From the NCBI GenBank assembly GCA_012026655.1, contig JAAILG010000034.1:1-64000 (forward strand): DNA of 64,000 nucleotides, given 5' to 3'. Below, piece after piece: positions 1 through 11,304 of this stretch; position 1 is the first letter of the stretch; each line of letters begins with the position of its first letter. Under the pieces are notes generated by a model. That model was not told the origin of the DNA and did not search any database. It saw only the letters and a list, made by a program, of their open reading frames with translations. This stretch comes from Hydrolagus affinis. Its lineage: Eukaryota. The translations under genes and the position numbers were made by a program.

Positions 1-140
1 ACCTCCCCTTCGTGTTTCACCCCCGCCCAAACACTCCCCTCCCAGCTCGGGTCACATTCCCCCTGTGCAGCGCCTTGGGACGTCCTCCCGACGTGAAAGG
101 CGCTCTATAAATGTAATTTGTTGTTGTTGTTATTTGTTGT
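1..140 (+). mobile_element. L2-clade LINE 3' end
   Basis: C-rich 3' UTR followed by GCGCCTTGGGACGTCCTCCCGACGTGAAAGGCGCTCTATAAATGTAAT and a (TTG)n tail; the same tail ends the RT-bearing L2 copy at ~4060-4123. Confidence 0.75.
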
Positions 141-399
141 ATAAGACACAGTGCAATGTTTGATTTTTAAGCAAGGTTTTATTTCCATGAATCAGAACAC
201 AGTTCATTGGATGTGCTGAAAACATTGGCTTTGTGCCTTGCCAGAGCACATAACATTCACAAAAGCCATATTTCATATGGCGCAACCGGAATCAATACTT
301 TTATTCCCTCATTGTGTTTGGTGCAGTCAAGGTCATTTGTGTAAAACATGACCCTAAGGGAGTATTGTCTTGGCATACTTTGGGGAGAAAAGGGATTTG

Positions 400-712
400 G
401 GACGATTGGGCAGGCAGAGAGCTGTTCATCATTTAAGTATCCTAACACATGCCAAGTGTCTCACTCCAATAGGATTCACTCAACTGAATGCAATCGGTAC
501 ATGGAAATGTGTGGGCAATGCTTGTTTTCCCCTGAAATAATTCCAGCAATTATTTTGAAAGATAGACGCCTGAAACAGTAAGTATTGTATATTAAAGGGT
601 ACAAAGAGCAAACTGGTGAGTGGGACTAGATTAGGGGGCTCATGTGGATGAAATACCAGCACAGATTTCATGGCCCTTTTCTGCGCTACTGTATAACATT
701 CCATGATTTTGT
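400..712 (+). mobile_element. decayed CR1 LINE 3' end
   Basis: ATTAAAGGGTAC...GGTGAGTGGGACTAGATT...CCAGCACAGATTTCATGGCC...TATAACATTCCATGATT resembles a CR1 3' UTR; compare 12200-12315. Confidence 0.5.
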
Positions 713-1183
713 GGTGGGGTCTCTTTAAAGAAAGCCCACAAACTAAGGTAGCGCATGGAGAGTTTGTATTCATCTAATGTGCTCTAATTATGCCAGGTAT
801 CATCAATTACAAATTATTGTAAATTGTTTGTTTGTGTTTGCCCTTCGAAATTCATCAGAAGATACCATTATCTTTTCCTGACTTCAGCTATAAAAAGAAA
901 TATGATGAAGCAAACTCTCAAGTTACTTTGCTGTGCTAATGAAAGTTAGCAGACTTGTCATTGTAAAATCAATAATCTGCCAGAGTTTGCTATGGGAAGA
1001 GGTTTGATAGGGTCATTGCAATGTCAAGGAGACTTCAACATCTGAAATCCACTTTAAAGCTTCAATATAAAACTTCAGTGCCGATTATTTTCTTCTATTA
1101 TGTCGCTCATTAAATACCAGCCCATTTGAAGCTAAACACTGAATTACATCTCACAATGCACTGTGCTTCAGGGACGCACGTAC

Positions 1184-1216
1184 CTGGCGGCAGAGACTTG
1201 TGATCAGAGCGAGCAA
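1184..1216 (-). CDS. candidate 33-nt micro-exon of an unidentified gene (LLALITSLCRQ in phase 0, or xARSDHKSLPPx in phase 1)
   Basis: Minus strand reads ttgtctcgtcgtttttag|TTGCTCGCTCTGATCACAAGTCTCTGCCGCCAG|gtacgt; length is a multiple of 3, two frames are open, locally CpG-rich. No partner exon found. Confidence 0.3.
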
Positions 1217-1299
1217 CTAAAAACGACGAGACAACTCACTTTGTCTTTCCTGCCAACTATTTTAGCTTATTTGCCACAAGTACAAGGTATAATTAATAT

Positions 1300-1431
1300 N
1301 NNNNNNNNNNNNNNNNNNNNNNNNNNNNNNNNNNNNNNNNNNNNNNNNNNNNNNNNNNNNNNNNNNNNNNNNNNNNNNNNNNNNNNNNNNNNNNNNNNNN
1401 NNNNNNNNNNNNNNNNNNNNNNNNNNNNNNN
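1300..1431. other. assembly gap (132 N)
   Basis: Run of N. Confidence 0.99.
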
Positions 1432-1439
1432 CGCAGGTC

Positions 1440-2450
1440 TCTCAGTAGACTTTTTAGCTCAAAGGCTGGGAGACCGCGAGTGCCAGCTGGTAATGGCTGT
1501 ACGGAAACATGGATCTTTGATTAATATTTTACCTCATGGTAGTGACTGTTGCTCAAGTGTCACCTTCCCACTCTCTATCCCCAGCCGCTCTCTCAACCTG
1601 ATGGATGATGGATCAGCCACTGGGTAGGAATGATATGACTAATTAAGGCAGGGTTACAGAACCCAGATGTGTAAAAAAAACAGGAAGTCTGGACGCTGGC
1701 CAGACATTCTCTTGCTTGGGGTGCACCCCATGAAGTGCAAGCTTAATCCCGCACATCTAAGCACTCTGGAGCCTAAGTCTTTCGGAGGTGGATAAAAACT
1801 TCCCTTTATGTCATATCCATGGCATGGTAAGGACAGCAGCAGTCATCAATGCAACAGCATGCTTCCATATAAAAACAAGTAGCCTGGAAAGTGACAAGAA
1901 CAGGATGCTGTTAAACATGCATGATTCTGTGAACAAAAAATGCACTCAGTATTCCTTTCTGCATGATTTGCTGCCATTTAAAAGACAATAAACAGCAACT
2001 TATATTGTGAACAACATGTCATTTCAGGTTGGCTGTTGCTCAACATCAAGAAAAATCAATGCTCGCTCTACAGGGGGAAAAAAGCCCAGAGAATTGAGCA
2101 CTGTTTCAAATCTGTTTGAACTCATTTTCTCTCTCTGCAGTTGCCCCCTCACATCCCCCCTCAGGCAGCCCCTCACAGCAGGCGTGACAGCTTGACACAT
2201 TGACAGCTTGCGGTGAATGACAACTGATTTGTACAAATTTCAAGCCTTATAAATCTACCTGTCACAACAGCGGCATAAAAGAGCTTGGACCCAGCAGGTA
2301 ACTCAGCAAAAGCTTCCCCTGACAGCACTCTTTGAAAGCGAATTGGTTGCCTCCTGCCAAAATTCCAACCATCATTCCCATGCAACTTTGAATAAAATTC
2401 AGAGCCTATTTTCTTGCCAACAGGCTATCAATCGTTTTATTTAAAGATTA
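1440..2450. promoter_or_regulatory. putative enhancer with Pbx-Hox and Meis motifs
   Basis: No recognisable repeat; overlapping TGATGGAT x2 at 1599-1613; TGACAG/CTGTCA at 2185, 2201, 2259, 2320; CATAAAA at 2274. Confidence 0.4.
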
Positions 2451-3039
2451 AAAAGGATGAATGAAAAACATCCAAACAAATTTCATTTTATACCAATATG
2501 AAAGTAGCACCACCTGCCTTTGCAGGATTACTACAACTATTCTCCTCAACAGTGAAGAGTCCGGGTAATTGAGACTTTCTATATAAAATATATATATATA
2601 TTATATGAATATGTGCACATGAACACACATGCACATGCACGGTATTTAAATAGTGTCCTCGATTATATTTTTTAACCCAACAGCCATTAGTTAGCAATTC
2701 AGGCAGGCTGCTATTCTTTCGACTCACACCCACACAAACATCCATACAAACGCACACACTTTGTGCAAAAATAAAATTCCAAATAATCTGGAAGCTACAG
2801 TGAAGTATATATGTTGCAGCATATATTTTATTTTAAGGTTCTTTCTTTCTACCCCTTTTCCCCCTCCCACTGACACATACAGTGACAACTTCAGTGGAAT
2901 CCACTGTGATGACTGGTCCTGATAGACTGTTCCACACCCACCTGTAAATAACAGTGCTTCCCTTTTTTGAGATTTAACAATTTATGCTGTAGATATTGAC
3001 AATACAAGTTTACTTGACATCATCTGAGTCTTCAGTGCA

Positions 3040-3300
3040 GGCAAGCAAATGATCTCTCCATTTGATAGGAGACATGTCTGCAGCAGAGGATGGAATAAGT
3101 TATCCAATTTGGGTTTGTATTCCTCCAGAAGGCTTTGACTCTCTCCACTTGAATGAGGACTCATCCTCAACAATCCTAAACAAGGTGATGCCTTCAATTG
3201 GGCAGCTCTGAATCCAGGCCAATGACCACAGAATATAAAGCTACAGTCTTCATCATAATGGTCTATCAACAAGATAAGCCATTGATGTATGTTTAATTGC
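3040..3300 (-). pseudogene. possible decayed hAT transposase C-terminal dimerization region
   Basis: ORF 2982-3302(-) contains SPHSSGESQSLLEEYKPKLDNLFHPLLQTCLL, resembling the PxSS..ERxFS...KxxxRNxL....L pattern. Confidence 0.25.
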
Positions 3301-3559
3301 ACTTGTCCCAGTCACGGAAATCAGCCCAACATCATCCTTATTGGTTTCATTTCTGGTGAGTTAAATTGATTCATCATGTTGATTTAAGACCCTGTGTTCG
3401 ATGTACACTGGTAGTGGTAGTCATCAAACTAGCAGCATCACACAGTAGAACACACATGTTCACAGGAATAATGGTATATTGAGTGTTTTGTTACAAATAG
3501 TATTTTCTGAGCTGCATTTTAACCCCCACATCTGATTGATCCATCACCGGGATTATCAC

Positions 3560-4123
3560 TATCGCTCCTTTATCCCATCTCCACTGCTGCCATTCATCAT
3601 CTTGAGAAGTGATATTTCCAAAGCTCTTACAGTTTTGCTTGCTCAATTCAAGTGAACCAGAGCTCTGAAGCCCACATTGTGTCTGGTTCGCCTGTTTCGA
3701 CTCTTACCTTTCTCACCATCTCAACTTTGTTGCCACCAATGGCTTCTCCTCTAGTCCCCGCATTGTCACCTGTAACGTCCCCTACTTTTCAATATCTATA
3801 TGCTCCCCCTTGGCGACATCATCTGCAGACATGGGATCAATTTCCATATGTATGCAAATGACACCCAACTGGATCTGTCTGCCTCTACCCTCCACTCCAA
3901 GACCACTGGATTCCATCCCGCAGTCCCTCCACCTCCCCCACTCTCTTGCCTCTTTCAAGTCCCACCTCAAGACCCTCCTCTTCAACGGTCCGATCGGTCA
4001 CCCCAAATCTCCTCCTTTCCCTCCACCCCTCCAAAAGGCTCGGGTCTGAAAGATTGACTGTCCAGTGCCTTGGGACATCCTCTTGACATGAAAGGCGCCA
4101 TTACAAGTGTAATTTTGTTGTTG
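3560..4123 (+). mobile_element. internally deleted L2 LINE (RT core joined to ORF2 end and 3' tail)
   Basis: [27 protein letters not shown] (YADDTQL motif) at 3800-3880; then [25 protein letters not shown]; tail CCTTGGGACATCC...GAAAGGCGCC...(TTG)n. Confidence 0.88.
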
Positions 4124-4299
4124 TATCTATCAAATTGGCCACACACCCATTATTGCTACTGTCTATTGATTCCCAGTGCCTCAGAGGATAATTTAAGACT
4201 CTATCTAGTGGATAAAGTCTAGAGTTAACAAATGAACAACAACAAAAATTACCTTTGTATGGTACCTATCATGTTGGGAGGATGTCCCAATGTGACTCT

Positions 4300-4692
4300 A
4301 TTAAGCCTAAGACTATCTAGTTTCCAAATCCACCTAGGTTTGCTCTAACCTTGCTATGCAATCTTTTCCAGTCCCACATTCCTGCCTGTACCCTGCACAC
4401 TTCCAACTATGGTCTAATGCACGTTTTCCCATTTGCTTTTACTCCACCACCATCAGCCAAACTTTCAGACACTATGCTCCTGTTCTTTGGAACTCTCTTC
4501 CAAATCCATTTCACCCGGTTACCTCTCTCTCTCGCTTGGCCTTCAAAGCTCTCCTAAAATAATATCTTTTCAGCTCTTCTATTGGCTGTCTTTCAAAATC
4601 TCACTCACTTGCTCAGTGTGTACCACTGTATATTTGTCAAACACACTGAGACATTTTACATGAAAAGTGCTATATAACTGCAGGTTATTGTT
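4300..4692 (+). mobile_element. L2 LINE 3' fragment
   Basis: FRHYAPVLWNSLPN...FKALLK ORF2 C-terminus, then tail CATGAAAAGTGCTATATAACTGCAGGTTATTGTT. Confidence 0.8.
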
Positions 4693-5139
4693 CTACTGAA
4701 GGCTGAGACCATTACATTTAAAAGGGAACTGAATATGTATTTGAAGATAAAAATATAAAAGGCTAAAGAAAAGAGTAGGAATTGGGATTTGTGTATATGT
4801 GTCCAGTGAAAGAACTAATACCAAGATAAGATCAATGCATTGATTGGCCTCCATCGGTACTGGAAATTCCACGATTCTACTTATCAAATTACTTGTCTAT
4901 AGGCGTCTCAGGTTAGATCTTCAAAATGTAGCCAATCCAATTTAGTGAACTGTCATCAATCTACTTACCAACGTAATACATTGTATTTTTATTACATCAA
5001 AATGTCTCTAGGTGCTCAAAATTAATGACTGCACAGTGCAGTAACTGTTTTCATCAGCACACACAAGAATAATTTGAAACTCCCCATTTTCGTTTTTTTT
5101 TAGTAAACTTCACCTAAAAATAGGCACGCAGACTTAATA

Positions 5140-5282
5140 TTTCCTCAAAACGATGACACCTCTAACAATGCAAAACTTCCTTCAGTCCTGCACTGGAGTG
5201 CTGACCAAGATTCTAAACTCAGGTCCCAACTCAGTGCTTGAGCTTTCTGACCCAGAGGTGAAAGTGTTACCAACTGAGCCAA
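5140..5282 (-). mobile_element. older tRNA-derived SINE 5' head (Deu/SacSINE1-like)
   Basis: Minus strand GGCTCAGTTGGTAACACTTTCACCTCTGGGTCAGAAAG; same head at 24031-24085(+) and ~53975-54030(-). Confidence 0.7.
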
Positions 5283-6094
5283 CTGACACTTTAGGTCAAA
5301 CATTTGTGTGGTCAGTTCACTTTCAATGTCCTTTGAAAGAGTGTCATAAGGCAGGAAGTGAAGTGAGGCAGCAGTGCTCAATTTTGACTGACCTACATGG
5401 TGCTGTTAAAGATTAAGAATGCTGTTATGATACCGCAGCGAGGTTGAACTACATCTGCTTTGGGAGAGAACTAACTTCTGTACAACAGAAAAATATTTGA
5501 TAAAGATATACTGTATTAAAAAAAACTTTAAACTAGGGTAAAACTTTATGCGTTACATTTGAAGGAAAATGTATGTAGCTACGAGGCTGCAATATACAAG
5601 TTCAAACAATACTGACGTCTATAAACAAGACATTTATTCCCCACAACTAGACTACAATTGTAATTTGCTGTTTTGCATCCGTTGAAATATACACATAGTC
5701 GTTATGTTGAAAGGAAATGCTGAATTCATGCTCAATCTGAACCACTGCATTCATGGTTTCATGCATTTTTAATGGATGACATTCACAAATGTTCAAAAAC
5801 ATTAATAGTTCATTTAATTCCAGAATACCAGGTGTGTGTTCCTGCTATGTAGTAAATAAGTACAGTATACATTTGAATCTTATTCCCAGTTCCCCCCACT
5901 GTCCTGGCCAATAAACCTCAAAATAAATTTGATCATTCACTTCATGGCTGAAGTGGGACATAACTGTATGCAAATTGTCTGCCCCATTCACCTACAAAAT
6001 AAACAGTTATTATTAATTAAAACTTCATCGCTTTTGCAGAGACTGACCGGAAGAGAAGCACAGCTGGAAGGTAAAATAATGAAGTTGGAAGTGG

Positions 6095-6162
6095 TTTGCA
6101 GGCCAGATGATATCAGTCCCCGGCTGGATGTGGCCCGCGGGCCGCCAGTTGAACCTGGTCTG
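6095..6162. mobile_element. hAT-Charlie-like DNA transposon terminus
   Basis: GGCTGGATGTGGCCCGCGGGCCGCCAGTTG is a typical subterminal motif of hAT-Charlie MITEs. Confidence 0.5.
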
Positions 6163-6289
6163 GGCTGACACTGCTCAATGAAGAAAGTGCATTAAAGTTG
6201 ATAGTGTCTTTTGAATCAGACATTAAGCAATTAAACAATCATTTCCAATGGTTTATGCAGACATGAAATATTCCACAGCACTGTTTCGA

Positions 6290-6530
6290 ACAAAAACAAC
6301 AATTTGCACTTATATAGTAACTTTCCAATAAGAGAACAACTTGATTCACTTTACAACAATACTATGGAAGGTGTGTGTGGGTGGGGGGAAGTTGGAGATG
6401 GGTAACCAAAAGCGAGGTTGAAGTTTTACATAATTGGGAAGGGATTTGAAAGCAGAAAGAGAGAATGTGAAGCAGAAGTTCTTGGAAAGGATTTCCAAAG
6501 AATGAAGGCATAGTTGCTGAAAGCTTACCA
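6290..6530 (-). mobile_element. L2 LINE 3' fragment
   Basis: AACAACAATTTGCACTTATATAG is the reversed tail; purine-rich reversed ORF2 end (GATTTCCAAAGAATGAAGGCATAGTTGCTGAAAGC). Confidence 0.6.
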
Positions 6531-8544
6531 AAAATTTAGTTTACACAGTCCGCTGACCAATATCCTTGCTTCATCCAAATTGACCCTCAAAATACAGATG
6601 AATTGCTCATTCATTCTATTTCTGCTTGAGCAATGTTGTAGTCATAGATTAGCAGCCATATTTGTCTAATAATAATCACTTGGAGACATTTCAAGAGAAG
6701 GGTGTTTACAGTGTTTCATCAAATGCTAAGTGGTACATTTATTGTAGTATTATTTCCATTTTGTGTTGTAGCTTAACAGTGAAAAATACTGCTTCAATCA
6801 TTTTGCTTATATTTAGCCTGTTAAGAATTTTTAAGCTTTCAAACACCTTGTAAAGTCACAGTGAAAGAATACCATGCTGGTACCATGTGTGCATTTTACT
6901 TCTATACATTTCATTTCACTTGTCTGTGTTTTACATGAGACAATATCCACATTCCGCACCCTAACTTAATACAGTTTGGCATGTATAATACTTGGTTAAA
7001 AACTGGTGAATTTGTCATTTTTATGCCCATATATTAAAAAAAACACATCTTCAGCCTGTTTCACAAAGTGGCGATATTGGAGAGCATAACTTCAGAAACT
7101 CAAATACAGCACAAATGAATGTGCGTATTACTTTGCATTTTAACAAACTGGCCTGAATTTATTATTTCATTTTGCAGCTATAATTCAGATATCTGAAACT
7201 CCTACAGTTTTTCATTGAAACAGGCTGTCCTGGATATCTAAGCAATTGTCTGTTTGCTTGAGCATAGAAACTCTGAGAGTTATGCCACTGAGGGAACACT
7301 GCATCATTTTTATATGGACAAGTCAGACTGAAACTATCCATTTCCTACAGTTTGCTTTAGTCAACATTACCTTTCAAAATCTGGGAAATGTGCATCCATA
7401 AATTATATTTAAAAAGAAACCATGCACACATTGCTATTGTGTAGCTGAACAAACAAATGCAGCATTGAGAGCACCAGAGGGAACATTCCCACAAAAGGTG
7501 GAACAAAAGAAGCTAAATCATTCTCATGTCAGGTTTTGCACTCACTCTAGACTTTAACACTGTAGTTAATGCCAATTCTGACTGTGACGTACTGCTACCT
7601 AACCTGCAACCTGGTTAATGAAGCGAATGTTGTTTTAAAAACTGGTTAAGAATGCCATCTTTCTGCATCGGCTAGTAATCACTTCAGCACTGAACAAGGC
7701 TCCGAACAGCACTTAAATACAAGCCTGACATTAAACAGAAGAGATAAATGTTACTTTTGTAATCTGGCAATTAAGAATGCAAAAAGAAGCAAAAACAGAC
7801 AGACATGTTTGATACCCTTGTACATTAAAAGGAATCCATGTGTAGTACAGAGTTATAATTAAGTGATTATGGTCAAAATGATGGACATTAATCCTTGGAT
7901 TTGTCTTTTGTCAAAAAATCCTATGAAACAGCTCCTGGTACATTTTGACTTAGTTAAAGGATTATTCTACATTTTTATTATTGCATGTCAAAAGATTAAA
8001 AATGTTATCCTTACAACTTTTATTCAATTCAAACCCAATTCTGTTTAAGATTAGCAAGAATGTTTTAGGCTTAGATACTGGGAAATAACGATAATTCTTT
8101 TGGCTGCCGTACAAATATCGCACTAAACATGATTGTGTGACTTTTCCCACTGCAGAAAAAGGCTTGCAAGGCTGCATTGGGAAGCAGAGTGGGGTAGTAA
8201 TACAGTAATCTGAAGCAACAAACCCATCGTCAAGAGATTTTTAAAAGCCATCAATTGTTCCAATTAAAACAGCACCATCTTCACTGAAAGGTTTTGAGAA
8301 AATTTCCCCCTTTGAAAGAGGGTTTGGTTGGCGAATTAAAAAAAATACTTTTTCTCTTTCACTTCCATTTGTTTGGAAAACTGTGATACAAATTACTTGA
8401 TGTAAATCATATTGAAAGGTCCACAGCATTAGTGTACTAAATACAACACATCTCGGTTAGTTTTTTTATCATGAAGATGGTGCATTTAAAGGTGACCCTT
8501 CACATTCTACACCCAACACTCAATACAGCTCAACTTGGACTTTC

Positions 8545-8745
8545 TAGCTGAAATTTCTGTGTATTGCTGGGGGAGTGCTGCATTGTTATGATGAGGCATT
8601 AAACCAAGATCCATTCTACCTGTCCAGATGGACATTTGATACCCTTATGTCAAAATCACTCCAGTTTACTAAATTTCTTGTCAAGCAGTTTGAGAATGCT
8701 CCCGACATGACATGTGCTATATCAAATATAACAATTGTTTTACCA
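8545..8745 (+). mobile_element. decayed Deu-type SINE
   Basis: GGAGTGCTGCATTG...GATGAGGCATTAAACCAAGATCC...CAGATGGAC; tail GTGCTATATCAAAT. Confidence 0.55.
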
Positions 8746-9111
8746 TTTTTACAATGTAGCAGCTCCAGATTAATTGCAAATCACTAATGTGGCTGAGTTA
8801 ACAACCCAAAGTACCTCAGAATATTGGATATACAAAGAGAATTGTTGGTGTAGGAAGTATCTATACTGCCATAGAGATTTGATAGGGATTTCATGATTGT
8901 TTGAAGTTGGGGTAAAGTATAGAGAAAGCTTTACTCTAATGTGGCTTCACATATCTGGAAAGATTAGTGGTGAGACTGGAGAGTATTGGGTTCTGTACCA
9001 TTTCTCATCTTCAATATTCATGTCATTCATTCATTGGAAACTTTGCAGAAGTAAATACAAACCACATATAGCTGTGGCTAATGCGTAAAGCTCTGTGCAG
9101 TTATTCATACA

Positions 9112-9430
9112 ATAATATTTAATAATAATCATTGCATTTGATATAGCACCTTATCACATTGGTAACACATCTCAAAGTGCTTTATGAGATATACTGTACA
9201 GCATTATTACTGGATATTTTGTAAGCAAGTGTATCACCCAATTTGTGCACAGCAAATTTTGACGATTGATCCAACAGGACACAGGTAGAAATGCCATTTT
9301 ATTTCAAAAAGTGACAAAGGATCTTTATTGGCCATCTGAAAAGGCAGATGGGACCTCAGTTTAATGTCTTGTCCGATGGATGGCACCTCCAACAATGCAG
9401 TGGGATTTTCAGTACTGGTTATAATGTCAA
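9112..9430 (-). mobile_element. Deu-type SINE
   Basis: (AAT)n CATTGCATTTGATATAGCACC...CAATTTGTGCACAGCAA...GGGACCTCAGTTTAATGTC...GGCACCTCCAACAATGCAG. Confidence 0.7.
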
Positions 9431-10029
9431 GCCTGGACAATATCGAAGATACGACAGAATTTTTTTTAATTAGCGGAAGCAAACAGATTTTTGTCTCAGA
9501 AGGCTGATTTCTTTTCACAGGAGTTTATTGTGTTTGTAACGAGAGTAAATCTGTTGCATGCTTTAGCTTTGCCTGCTAGTCTCCATCAATGATCAGCTCT
9601 TCAGATACAATCATTTTTGAGCCAATGAAATTTACTGTTTGGCTAAACATTATCGTTTGCCAAAAATTAGACTGCAGTCTCATGTCTACATTATCAATCA
9701 CAGTGTTCCCATTGTTGCTGATTTGACCTACAAGGCTGGGGAGGAGTGTCAGTGTAGGATTATGGGACTCTCAGATGCTTCAACTCCAAAAAAATAGCCT
9801 CAGTTTAAAAAATTACATTTCCACAAACTGCAACCAATTAAGAATTGATGTATAGTACTTATTTCCTGAATCTAAGAGATGCTTGAATCTAAAATGACCT
9901 GCCCATCTCCAGCAAGTGTGTCAGAGGTTACATAAAGTGAGTGCCCAAAAGGTGACCCCACCGCCCACGCCCCCATCCCCCCCTTCCCCCCACCCGAGAA
10001 TAGTCACAAAAGAGAACAGGTTATTTGTT

Positions 10030-10375
10030 AGTAATAATCCTGCATTGCTTTACCTCTAACACATCGTCAAGACGTCTATAATAATAATCATCCTTCCATT
10101 TGATATAACACTATATCATATCTTTGTGATGTCTCAAAGCACATCAAAGCACTGGAAAATGCAGCCGCCAATTTGAACACAGCAATGTCTCACAAACAGC
10201 AATGAAGTGACTGACCGATTGTATCAGGTGGATTGTCCTCTTTTTGAACAGTACCCCAGCACTGTTTTGGAGAGCCAGCCTGGATTGTGGATTCAAAGAT
10301 CCAACATATGGCTCAAGTCCACAATCTTCAGACTCAGATTGCTACAACAAAACAGGCTGATACCTACCGAGTAGA
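10030..10375 (-). mobile_element. decayed SINE(s)
   Basis: Two reversed tails (AATCCTGCATT; ATCCTTCCATTTGATATA), GCAGCCGCCAATTTG..CAGCAATGTCTCACAAACAG, and a head remnant. Confidence 0.6.
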
Positions 10376-11304
10376 AGATATATAACCTGGGGGTACAAGG
10401 TTTTGGAGTTTGAAACCTGAAAAGTAAAAGTGCTGATAGTGCCAACGTCATTTGAGCTGTGAAGGTTAAATTCCTTTGACGCATTGTGTTAAGACAAACA
10501 GTAGGCCTTGAGGATTTAAAACCTTTTACATAGCAGCATAAGTGGGGGTTTATTAGTATGGCCATATTATAAAACACTAGTTTTCACATTCCGAATCGAT
10601 TGCTCAGCTAAGTGGAACTGAACAAATCTGACACAGGACCCTTACAAAACGAGCACCAATTTTTCCAATTGTGAACAAGCTGACAAGCTTTTCCTGTGTA
10701 AAATCACTTGCCAGTGAGGAAGAGGATAGAACCAGGCAAGTGCTGTCATGTCAGACATCACTGTCAGGTGAACCATTATTCTGCACTTTAAAAAAGGATT
10801 TGTACATCTCCTTTGTTTGCTGCAATTGTGATCCTTCCAGATCAGCACTAATGACAAGGTGCCAAGCAACTTACAGTATAAAACCTTTTTTTTGCCAAAA
10901 ACATTTTTAGCTCTCAAAGGGCAGCCGACACTGCACAGCTAGCCTCTTGTGAGTCTATGCTTTTAACTATAATGGTCCCACCATTAAAAATATATGGTAT
11001 CACAATACATGCAGGCGCTCTTGAAAATTATACACTTTTATCGTATTCTGCACATGTGTATGTCAACATTTGTGGCTTGTCCTGTGTATTCACAGCTTCA
11101 AGCATCTATTGAGATACAGAAATCAGGGATGAAAATCTATGGTTCTCAATTATTTTTTGCCATGTAACTCTATTGTGGATTCAACCCATTATGAGGTGAG
11201 GTATTTTTCAAACAAAAGGCTGTGTGGGGTAAAAGTAGCTATAATGTGGTTATATTCAGGATGTGGTTCAGTAACAACCGTAATCCAGAGTCATCCTTGG
11301 TCAT

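Noticed and set aside
1163-1627. 154-aa ORF
   Set aside because: It spans the N gap and has no recognisable domain.
2120-2300. Plus-strand exon-like segment (ctctctgcag ... cag|gtaac)
   Set aside because: Stop codons in all three frames; not a coding exon.
6040-6070. Plus-strand 31-nt exon-like segment
   Set aside because: Not frame-preserving, weak donor, and embedded in SINE/hAT debris.
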